Shown here: one piece after another, positions 9,000 through 16,859 of the stretch
How the letters are laid out: each line of letters opens with the position of its first letter
Numbering within the stretch: the stretch's first letter is position 1
DNA from: Candidatus Lokiarchaeum ossiferum
GTDB lineage: Archaea > Asgardarchaeota > Lokiarchaeia > Sigyniarchaeales > Promethearchaeaceae
Assembly: GCA_025839675.1 (NCBI GenBank)
Contig: CP104013.1
Coordinates: forward strand, 420,001 to 452,000
DNA: 32,000 bases
Direction: 5' to 3'
Program-made: the position numbers and the translations under genes
Notes under the pieces: generated by a model
Database searches by the model: none
What the model was told of the DNA's origin: nothing
What the model saw: the letters and a program-made list of their open reading frames with translations, nothing else

Positions 9000-9860
9000 T
9001 TACTTTGCAAACAGAGTGTTTTTGATGACAACACCTAATCGGCGAATCAATGGAGTGATAGGTTCAAGATAAGTGAAATGTTCATCTTCATATTGCCACA
9101 TTCCAAAACATCCAACAATACTCCTATTTGAGGAATTTTTATTTCTCATTGCAATTCCATTCAATAATTGATCAAAAATTTCAGGATCTAAGGGATATTG
9201 CTCATGTCCAGGATAAATTTCCATTTCAGGATTACTCTTTGCTAAACTTTGCAATTTTTTAATACTTTGTTCTAGAACAGGTATTTTTTTCTTGTCAGGT
9301 AGAAAAATCGTTCCATAGTGAACTGTATCAGAAGTGAAAAGTTCTCCTCGGTCTGTGAAAAGGGAAAGCATTCCATCTGAATGGCCAGGTGTATGAATAG
9401 CAGATACTATTAAGCCTCCTAGATCAAATTTTTTCCCATCAACAATTTCAATTACATTTTTTGGAGGGTTGAATTTAAAATTCCTATCTTTATAACGTTC
9501 TTTGATCTTCATTGGTGATTTTTTTAACAAGAAGGCATTAAATGGTTTTTTTATTACCTTCGCTTCCATTTTATGGATGTGTACTTCTTCAAATTCTTCA
9601 TTTCCTCCAATGTGGTCAAAATGACCATGTGTGTTTACAACAATCAATTTGCGATCTCCAATGATATTATCAACAATCTTTTTTATTGGATATAATCCAG
9701 CACCAGTATCTATGAGAAGGGCTTTTTTCGTCCCTAATAGCAGAAAGTGATTTGAGAACTTCGTTAAAAATCTTGGGTCAATTAAATCTAATTGCTCTTT
9801 AATATTAATTAAATCATCCTTTATTTTATGTACTTCATACCAATCTGAATTGGAACTCAT
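9000..9860 (-). CDS. MBL-fold metallo-hydrolase
   Basis: Canonical HxHxDH motif (VVNTHGHFDHIGGN) plus downstream His/Asp ligand candidates (IHTPGHSDG, TSDTVHYG, YPGHEQ). Confidence 0.85.
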   Translation of the reverse strand: MSSNSDWYEVHKIKDDLINIKEQLDLIDPRFLTKFSNHFLLLGTKKALLIDTGAGLYPIKKIVDNIIGDRKLIVVNTHGHFDHIGGNEEFEEVHIHKMEAKVIKKPFNAFLLKKSPMKIKERYKDRNFKFNPPKNVIEIVDGKKFDLGGLIVSAIHTPGHSDGMLSLFTDRGELFTSDTVHYGTIFLPDKKKIPVLEQSIKKLQSLAKSNPEMEIYPGHEQYPLDPEIFDQLLNGIAMRNKNSSNRSIVGCFGMWQYEDEHFTYLEPITPLIRRLGVVIKNTLFAK

Positions 9861-9949
9861 AATTAGGGGTTAAAACTTAAAACTATTTATTCCTTACTAA
9901 AGATTTCAAAAACTTCAACAGTAAAGTCAAAAAAAAATGGAAATTATTT

Positions 9950-11740
9950 TTAAACGCTTTTAATGTTAATAAAATTAAACCATCTTATTTCTTCGGCGTT
10001 TTTGTCTTTCAAAGTTCCAAATTGAAGGTTTTTTTTCTTTTTTCTCGCTATTTCATTTGCGAGTCTCATATATTCTGAGAATAAGTTTTTTCTATCTACG
10101 TCCTCTTCGTCAAAGCAATCACTTAATTCCATTTTGAGAATATTGGCAGTATTGGGAATTACTTCCAAATCTTTATCAATAAAATTCAAATGATGCCAAT
10201 CTCCAGATTTAAAATCAAAGCTATAATCAGGTAAGAATAAATACCCGTAGGTAGCAACAAAATCAATGGCGTCACAAATGAAATTAAATTCATCTTCAGA
10301 AAAGGCATAATGGAAATTAACACGTACCCAACCAGGTTTAATACCTAAGAAACCTGCTTGAACGACCTTGCGGAATTTTTTTGATTTTTGAGTATTAATA
10401 TTCATTAAATGATGACCATATACTCCAGCACAAGAACACCCTGCTCTTGATTGTATTCCAAAGAGATCATTCAACAATTTAGTACAAAATTTGGGATGGA
10501 GATATTTATCCTGATTTTTAATTAAGAAGGAAAAGATACAAATTCTTTGATCGGGATCTTGAGGGCCTAAAATTTCAATATTAGGATTTTCATTGAAAAA
10601 TTTAAAAGCACGATGAGTATACTCTAGTTCTTTTGCTTCGATATTTGAAATACCTATTGAATCTTTAATATCAATTGCTAAGGCAGCCTTGATAGTTTGT
10701 AAAATTCCAGGTGTTCCGGGTTTTTCTCGAGTTTCCACATCTTCAATAAAATCTACAGCATAAGAACTTACAAAATCCACCGTTCCTCCAGCTGCGAAAG
10801 TTGGATCAATGGAAGCGTCATAAATCTTCTTGTTAAAAACGAGAATTCCCGTAGATCCTGGACCTCCAATGAATTTATGAGGGGAAATAAATATTCCATC
10901 AAAATAAGAAAGTTCATCCTTATTCATATTTATTTCCACATAGGGTGCACTTGCCGCAAAATCAAAGAAAGCTAAAGCATCGTGTTCATGAAGTATTCGT
11001 GCTACTTCATAAACTGGTGTCTTAATACCAGTTACATTTGATGCTGCTGAAAATGATCCAATTTTTTCACGACCGGCATATTTAGGATCTTCCAATTTAG
11101 CAATTAAATCGTGCAAATCTAAATATCCATCCTCGGATAACTTAATTTCGACTACATCATTAAGAGCTTGACGCCACATTATGTCATTTGAATGGTGTTC
11201 ATAAGGACCTACAAATACAATTGGTTTAAATTTATTCATATCAGACTTAATTTCATTTACAAGTGCTTGTTTTGCACTATCTTTACCAATCGCTTGATTT
11301 ATTGTATGTTCAAGGAGTCTTTTTGAAGCAGGAGGCAATCTCACTCCAAGAATTTCTTGTGTCTTTGAAATAGCTCCAGTAGAACCCGTCCCCGTTGCAA
11401 TAACATAGCAATTTTGGTCAGCATTGAATGCTTTTTTAATGATATGTTCGGAATGGTGGAGTAAACCAGTCATATGTCTTCCAGTGACATCATCCTCTGT
11501 ATGAGTATTTGCATATTGCCGTTGAACTTGAACTAAATACTTTTCTACAAATTTCAATGAACGCCCCGAGGCGGTATAATCTGCATAAGTTAATAATCGA
11601 TCACCGTAGGGTGTTTTAAAGAAAAAATCTCTCCCGATAATTTCATCTCGTAATTTTTTAAATGTTAAAGCTTGACTCATAATTTTCGCCTTCAGAGATA
11701 ATTGCTTGATAAGATAACTAAGTAACTTAAGCGTTCTCAT
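9950..11740 (-). CDS. Aminotransferase class-V fold PLP-dependent enzyme (cysteine-desulfurase-like), long form
   Basis: PLP-lysine context 'ISPHKFIGGPGSTGILVF', 'SAASNVTGI', and an N-terminal 'YADYTASGRSL' typical of this family. An internal ATG at 11680 (MSQALTFKKLRDEIIG...) is the more likely start than 11740. About 150-aa C-terminal extension. Confidence 0.8.
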   Translation of the reverse strand: MRTLKLLSYLIKQLSLKAKIMSQALTFKKLRDEIIGRDFFFKTPYGDRLLTYADYTASGRSLKFVEKYLVQVQRQYANTHTEDDVTGRHMTGLLHHSEHIIKKAFNADQNCYVIATGTGSTGAISKTQEILGVRLPPASKRLLEHTINQAIGKDSAKQALVNEIKSDMNKFKPIVFVGPYEHHSNDIMWRQALNDVVEIKLSEDGYLDLHDLIAKLEDPKYAGREKIGSFSAASNVTGIKTPVYEVARILHEHDALAFFDFAASAPYVEINMNKDELSYFDGIFISPHKFIGGPGSTGILVFNKKIYDASIDPTFAAGGTVDFVSSYAVDFIEDVETREKPGTPGILQTIKAALAIDIKDSIGISNIEAKELEYTHRAFKFFNENPNIEILGPQDPDQRICIFSFLIKNQDKYLHPKFCTKLLNDLFGIQSRAGCSCAGVYGHHLMNINTQKSKKFRKVVQAGFLGIKPGWVRVNFHYAFSEDEFNFICDAIDFVATYGYLFLPDYSFDFKSGDWHHLNFIDKDLEVIPNTANILKMELSDCFDEEDVDRKNLFSEYMRLANEIARKKKKNLQFGTLKDKNAEEIRWFNFINIKSV

Positions 11741-11926
11741 TCTTTAAAAATGATATGAAAATGAACCAAAGTAGAATTTGTTAGTTAATTAAAAAGGCAG
11801 TCAAAATTTCATTATTAGTTATATATATATAAATGCAGAAGATTTATTTAGCCAAAATAACAATTAATAAAAATAGAAGATAGTTTATTTCTAAAATTTC
11901 ATAAATCACCCCTAAGGATTGGAACA

Positions 11927-12433
11927 ATGGAAAACGAACATGATGATAAAAAAAGACGAAGTCTTTTAGATAAGGTAGATAAATTAATTCTAAATGAATT
12001 GCAACATGATGATCGAATTTCTTCATCAGATCTAGCAAAAAAATTGGGAATTGCAAAATCTACTTTGACTTATCGAATAAAACGCTTGGAAGATGAAAAA
12101 ATCATTCTTGGTTATCGAGCAATTGTAGATCCATCGAAACTGGGTAAAGATGAGCAGATGATTGTTCGAATAAGAGCAAAATTTGGTTCTGGATATCATG
12201 AAAAAGTGGGAAAAATGCTGTCCAATATCCCAGGAGTATATGCAGTTTATTTTGTTTTCGGTGAAAATGATTTTGTGATTTTGGCACGAGCTGAAAACCG
12301 CGAGGAGTTATTTGAAAAAATGCAAATACTTTTCAATTCGGATTTTGTTGAACGAACAACTACTGAAGTTGTTACTAAAGTGATAAAAGAAGACTTTGGC
12401 ACGTATCTACAGGTGAATAATGGGACGAAGTGA
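11927..12433 (+). CDS. Lrp/AsnC family transcriptional regulator
   Basis: N-terminal wHTH 'LDKVDKLILNELQHDDRISSSDLAKKLGIAKSTLTYRIKRLEDEKII' and a C-terminal RAM-like domain (VYAVYFVFGENDFVILARAEN). Confidence 0.85.
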   Translation: MENEHDDKKRRSLLDKVDKLILNELQHDDRISSSDLAKKLGIAKSTLTYRIKRLEDEKIILGYRAIVDPSKLGKDEQMIVRIRAKFGSGYHEKVGKMLSNIPGVYAVYFVFGENDFVILARAENREELFEKMQILFNSDFVERTTTEVVTKVIKEDFGTYLQVNNGTK

Positions 12434-12999
12434 TGAATATGAGTGAAGAGAAATCGAAGAAAGAAATTATTGCGGAAACCTTCCTTAAATTCTTTTTACA
12501 ACACGGAATGGTGCAGACAATTATCAATGATGTCGCTAAAGAACTCCACATGAGTAAAAAGACCATTTATAAGTATTTCCGTGGAGGAAAAGAAGAATGT
12601 CTTTACTTTATTTTTAGTAATATAGCCACAGAATCATTGAAACATTTGGAAAACGATTTGAATGACATTCCCGATCCCAAAGAAAAATTAATTTATAGCT
12701 TAAAACACATTTTTGGGTTGGCGGTTCCGTATGTTTTAGGTAACGCCGCAGAGAAAGAAGAAGATTTCTTACTTGAAAATCAAATCGTTGGGGAATCTTT
12801 TCGAGATGTTTTTCAAAATAAATTGAAAATGATCATTCATGAAGGAATTGAGAAAAAAGAATTTCATGTAAAGGACGTAGAACTATCATTTCATTTCATT
12901 TATGGAATAATTACTGAAAGCATGGTAGTTGTCCACCAGAATCCAAAGCGGAATATAGTAAATGAAGTGACCGAGGCAATATTAAAAATTTTGAAATAA
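12430..12999 (+). CDS. TetR/AcrR family transcriptional regulator
   Basis: HTH 'TIINDVAKELHMSKKTIYKYFRGGKEECL' followed by an all-helical C-terminal domain. GTG 12430, ATG 12433 and ATG 12439 are alternative starts. Overlaps the Lrp stop by 4 nt. Confidence 0.8.
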   Translation: MMNMSEEKSKKEIIAETFLKFFLQHGMVQTIINDVAKELHMSKKTIYKYFRGGKEECLYFIFSNIATESLKHLENDLNDIPDPKEKLIYSLKHIFGLAVPYVLGNAAEKEEDFLLENQIVGESFRDVFQNKLKMIIHEGIEKKEFHVKDVELSFHFIYGIITESMVVVHQNPKRNIVNEVTEAILKILK

Positions 13000-13029
13000 T
13001 AATCCAGATATATTGAGAAGGCCCGAATT

Positions 13030-13749
13030 ATGACTAAAACGATACAATATACATCTAAACACCATGCTATCCTCTTTGGATTTATTGCCAAATCTGTAAT
13101 TGATACAATGGGTGAAGATGGGCGAGAGATTATCCGCAATGCTGCACATAAATATGGAAACCAGCGAGGAAAACGAATGGCATTACGTGTTTTAAGCGAT
13201 GAATTACCATTGACAATGGAAAACTATTTCGTATATTCAGAATGGAATACGCAAGATGGAGATGCCAAGTCTTATGTCAAGGATTTAACTCCAGAATATA
13301 TTTTTTGTGTGGAAGTGTGTTCTTGGTGTGAAAACTGGAAAGAGTTTAACCTCTCAGAATATGGGAAATATTACTGTTCAGAAATCGACATCGCATTGTT
13401 AGAAGGATACAATCCCAAGTTGACTCTCGAAGTCCCCAAAATTTTATCTTTAGGAGATAAACAATGCCAGTTCCATTGGAAAGATGCCCATTTCACAAAG
13501 CAAGATTTAGAGAATATAAATCAAATGAAACAAAGAAGTGAAGGAAGTCATGTTGCATCATGGGAATTTCATACAGCTCATCTCTATTTTACAATGAAAC
13601 AAGAAATTTGCACTCATTTAAAAGAAAAAGCCCAAATTATAATGGAAACGGCTGAAAAACTGTTTAAAGACGCTTTTGGCCAAAATTCCATAAATCAACT
13701 GATGACTTATGAACTGGTGAATTTTTCCACCTTAGATTTTTTTAAATAA
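13030..13749 (+). CDS. L-2-amino-thiazoline-4-carboxylic acid (ATC) hydrolase-family-like protein
   Basis: The Cys-rich core 'CSWCENWKEFNLSEYGKYYCSEIDIALLEGYNPKLTLEVPKILSLGDKQCQFHW' matches my memory of the ATC_hydrolase family pattern (C..ae.W.e.gl.e....YC..D.a...GfNP.l.l.r...l..Gd..C.F). Not verified by search. Confidence 0.5.
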   Translation: MTKTIQYTSKHHAILFGFIAKSVIDTMGEDGREIIRNAAHKYGNQRGKRMALRVLSDELPLTMENYFVYSEWNTQDGDAKSYVKDLTPEYIFCVEVCSWCENWKEFNLSEYGKYYCSEIDIALLEGYNPKLTLEVPKILSLGDKQCQFHWKDAHFTKQDLENINQMKQRSEGSHVASWEFHTAHLYFTMKQEICTHLKEKAQIIMETAEKLFKDAFGQNSINQLMTYELVNFSTLDFFK

Positions 13750-13773
13750 ACCTAATATAACGGTTAATTCGCT

Positions 13774-14913
13774 ATGAAAGAAGATAAAAATCTCAAAGTT
13801 ACCATTATTGGATTTGGAAATTTAGCAGAATCTCTATTCTACTACTTAGAACAATTCATTGGTCCTGAAAATTATCTATCCCAAATAAATGCAACTACTG
13901 CTGATGTAGAAACTATTGAGAAAAAACGAAATAAATATGGAATTTCAATTATATTGGAGAATAATGTGGAAGCTTTAAAACTCCTTCAACCAGATATCAT
14001 CTTTTTTTCCCCTCCTCCTTCGGTTGCTCCAAGAATTATTCAAAATGAGTTAACCAAATATTTTGATTTTATCAGACAACATAATCTCCCTCTCCCGGAC
14101 ATTTATGCATTTCCACCAGTTCCGGATGCAGAGCTTTATCAGACACTCTTAGGAAAAAATGTTCAAGTTGTTACTATACTCCCTAATGATGTACGAGAAA
14201 TCGGCTCTAAACGGCTTATTGGTGAAGGAGTCACATTTTGTGTTTTCCCTTCTAAGTGGAAACAAGAATCTTATAGTCGATTGAGACGATTTTTATCACC
14301 TTTTGGAGAAATCTACACATTTAAAACTCCCGAAATTTTACCAATTCTTTCCACCCGTGTATTGACGACTGCTTTTGCCCAAATTGTAGTAAAAACAACA
14401 GAAATAGTTAAGAAGAAGTTGGAAGGTACCCAAATAAAAGTCTCCCATAACAATATTGCAAAAACCTTCCAAAATTTATTTTTGAATTTTAAAGATAGCA
14501 AAGTAGAATTGGACACGTTTGAATCTAGCTTTAAATTAGATAATATTACCAAGAAATCTTTAGAATCAATTATTATTGCATGGTATAGCGGAATTCTCGA
14601 ATATACTCGAAAACAAAACTTTCCTCATGAAAAGGCAGATTTCATTGTGAGTTCAATGTTGGACTTAATATTGCAGCTTTCAGCAAATGTTCCGAAGGAG
14701 AAACTCAATGATTTACTCTTTATTTCTGCCACGAAAGGCGGACTTCTTGAAACATGTTTGAATTACATCCAAATAAACATCTTCGAACATTTACAAGATA
14801 TATTGACTGTTGACACAATTCTTGAAAAAGAACAAGTGAAGAGTAAAATATATAATGAAGTCATTAATGCCTGTAATATAGTTTTAGAGCATGGAAAAAA
14901 TCTCACGAAGTAA
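13774..14913 (+). CDS. NAD(P)-binding Rossmann protein, divergent pyrroline-5-carboxylate-reductase (ProC)-like
   Basis: N-terminal 'KVTIIGFGNLAESL' (ProC: IGFIGaGnMaeAl), 'PDIIFFSPPPSVAP' (ProC: DvviLAVKPq) and C-terminal 'ISATKGGLLETCLNYI' (ProC: vtSPGGtTiaGl..L). About 100 aa longer than typical ProC. Confidence 0.45.
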   Translation: MKEDKNLKVTIIGFGNLAESLFYYLEQFIGPENYLSQINATTADVETIEKKRNKYGISIILENNVEALKLLQPDIIFFSPPPSVAPRIIQNELTKYFDFIRQHNLPLPDIYAFPPVPDAELYQTLLGKNVQVVTILPNDVREIGSKRLIGEGVTFCVFPSKWKQESYSRLRRFLSPFGEIYTFKTPEILPILSTRVLTTAFAQIVVKTTEIVKKKLEGTQIKVSHNNIAKTFQNLFLNFKDSKVELDTFESSFKLDNITKKSLESIIIAWYSGILEYTRKQNFPHEKADFIVSSMLDLILQLSANVPKEKLNDLLFISATKGGLLETCLNYIQINIFEHLQDILTVDTILEKEQVKSKIYNEVINACNIVLEHGKNLTK

Positions 14914-14956
14914 ATTTAAACTCTGTATTAAGATACAAACTCAAATTCAAATTAGG

Positions 14957-14970
14957 AAAAAAAAATAAAA
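14957..14970 (-). terminator. Oligo-T terminator for the GRE operon (T4-A-T9 on the minus strand)
   Basis: The plus strand reads aaaaaaaaataaaa at 14957-14970, beginning 6 nt after the minus-strand stop at 14976-14978. Confidence 0.45.
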
Positions 14971-14975
14971 GGTTT

Positions 14976-15863
14976 CTAACTAAATTCTGTAACTTTTTCC
15001 CTCACAGAGAGGTTGGGGAACATTTCACCAACTAAAGGAGGCATGGAATTGTAAACTACCTCAATATCCACAATTCCACGTTTATTCTGAATCCCAAGAA
15101 AAGTTCCTTTTACCATCTGGGTGACCGTTTCAAAATCCATTGCAAAAACCGAAACTTTTGCCCCATTAGGAATTTGTAATAAATCTTCTTTAAATTGAGC
15201 CAGATTAAACACGATTCGTTTATTTTCTACAGATCGTGCTTGGAAAAGAGGAATAATCACAGGATATCCATCCTTAGGATCAATATAGCTAATAAATTTT
15301 GGGAATACTAATCCTTTAAACAAACGATTCCCAAGCTCTTGTAATCGATTCTCGACCTTCCCAGTTTTTCCACCGATTTTGAAGAGATTTTGAATGATTC
15401 CTTTAACAATTCCTACCAAACTTATTCCACGGATATGGCGAGCGGCTTTAATTTTGTTGAAGAAAATTCGATACACCCGCATATAGGTATTATAACGGAA
15501 AAGATTCATAGAATTGAACTCAATAGCATCATCCCCTTCCATTGAAATATAATCTAAATCGGCTTTGAGTTGTAAAAACTTGAAGGGCATCGCTACCGTC
15601 ATATAAAGCATACCTTGTTTGGGATTTTTTAGAACATTTCCTTTGGACATTCCCCGAGTAAATTCACCCCATTTGACTACTTCTGGAGACATAGCGATAT
15701 TGGATGTGATGAAACTCAGATGTGGATATCCTTCTTTATCAATCGTAGACACAAACTTTGCCATAATTTCTGGTTTTGTGAATTTGACTGCTTCTTCACT
15801 TAATTTTGGATTCCATTTGAGCATTTCAGTTTTATTTGACATTTTTTCACTTTCCTTGTTCAA
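14976..15863 (-). CDS. Tandem PNPOx-like (FMN-binding split-barrel) domain protein
   Basis: Two repeats of the pyridoxamine-5'-phosphate-oxidase-family pattern. Repeat 1 is 'FVSTIDKEGYPHLSFITS...SKGNVLKNPKQGMLYM'. Repeat 2 is 'FISYIDPKDGYPVIIPLFQARS...NGAKVSVFAM...VKGTFLGI'. 9-bp gap to the activase gene. Confidence 0.5.
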   Translation of the reverse strand: MNKESEKMSNKTEMLKWNPKLSEEAVKFTKPEIMAKFVSTIDKEGYPHLSFITSNIAMSPEVVKWGEFTRGMSKGNVLKNPKQGMLYMTVAMPFKFLQLKADLDYISMEGDDAIEFNSMNLFRYNTYMRVYRIFFNKIKAARHIRGISLVGIVKGIIQNLFKIGGKTGKVENRLQELGNRLFKGLVFPKFISYIDPKDGYPVIIPLFQARSVENKRIVFNLAQFKEDLLQIPNGAKVSVFAMDFETVTQMVKGTFLGIQNKRGIVDIEVVYNSMPPLVGEMFPNLSVREKVTEFS

Positions 15864-15872
15864 TTAAAAAAA

Positions 15873-16835
15873 TTATACTTTTCGTGTTAGACCGGACCAC
15901 TTTACATTGTGAACTCCAATACTAATGGCAATATCGTAATAATATTCCATTTCATCCTGTGTGAATAATTTATCTTGAGTAAAATCCCAAGGTAAATTCA
16001 TGCGAGCATACTTTGCGGCTGCAAGATTATTAAAGGCTAGGATATCCCAACGTTCAATTTTATTATCCAATTCTTCCACAATGAAAGATGCGATACCTCG
16101 AATATTTTCATCTGATGCGGTATAGCGTGGAATTATTGGTGTTCTAATCCATAGTTGCTTTTCTTGATTATCAATTTCTCGAGCCAACCATCGTATATTA
16201 GCTAAAATTTTCTCATTAGGATGACCTACAAAGGATTTATGCTTTTTTGAATCGATTTCCTTGATATCAAGTAAGAAAATATCCACTAAAGGCAATAATT
16301 TCAGATAATTCTTTTGAGAAGATAACCCGCATGTATCGAGTGCAGTTGAAAAACCATTCGCTTTACATTTTTTTAATAAGGCTAAGAGAAAATCCATTTG
16401 TAGGGTTGGTTCTCCTCCTGAAATTGTTATTCCCCCGCCTGATTTATCATAAAATGCGCGATCCTTAGCAATTTCTTCATACAAATCTTCCACAGACCAA
16501 TATTTTCCGATCATCTTCAACGCTGTTGAGGGACATTCTTCAACACATTCTCCACAAGCAGTGCATTTCTCTCGATTAATTTTAATCCCTGATTCAGATG
16601 AAATGATTGCTTTTTGCTGACAAACCTCTAAGCATGATAGACAGCCAATACACTTATTTTTAAACCATTGGATACTTGGTTTTTTCCATATCGATTCAGG
16701 ATTGTGACACCATGCACAACGAAGGGGACACTCTTTGAAAAAGATAGTTGTTCGTATTCCTGGACCATCTTCTGTGCTGAGTTTCTGAATCTCAAAGACC
16801 CACCCTCCATTTTCTCCCGATTTCTGTTCTGTCAT
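15873..16835 (-). CDS. Glycyl-radical enzyme activating enzyme (radical SAM, ferredoxin-insert type)
   Basis: 'STEDGPGIRTTIFFKECPLRCAWCHNPE' carries the CX3CX2C radical-SAM cluster. Two extra clusters are present: 'CIGCLSCLEVC' and 'CTACGECVEECP'. The 'GGGITISGGEPTLQ' SAM-binding motif is also present. Confidence 0.9.
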   Translation of the reverse strand: MTEQKSGENGGWVFEIQKLSTEDGPGIRTTIFFKECPLRCAWCHNPESIWKKPSIQWFKNKCIGCLSCLEVCQQKAIISSESGIKINREKCTACGECVEECPSTALKMIGKYWSVEDLYEEIAKDRAFYDKSGGGITISGGEPTLQMDFLLALLKKCKANGFSTALDTCGLSSQKNYLKLLPLVDIFLLDIKEIDSKKHKSFVGHPNEKILANIRWLAREIDNQEKQLWIRTPIIPRYTASDENIRGIASFIVEELDNKIERWDILAFNNLAAAKYARMNLPWDFTQDKLFTQDEMEYYYDIAISIGVHNVKWSGLTRKV

Positions 16836-16859
16836 TTTCTATATTACACCGAAATTTAC

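Noticed and set aside
8795-9034. 79-aa minus-strand ORF in the carS/MBL convergent gap. The same applies to 1410..1625 (-), 7996..8190 (-), 11844..12056 (-) and 28949..29173 (+).
   Set aside because: These overlap terminator or promoter A/T-rich spacers or neighbouring gene ends. The translations are hydrophobic or low-complexity with no start context, so they are not supported as genes.
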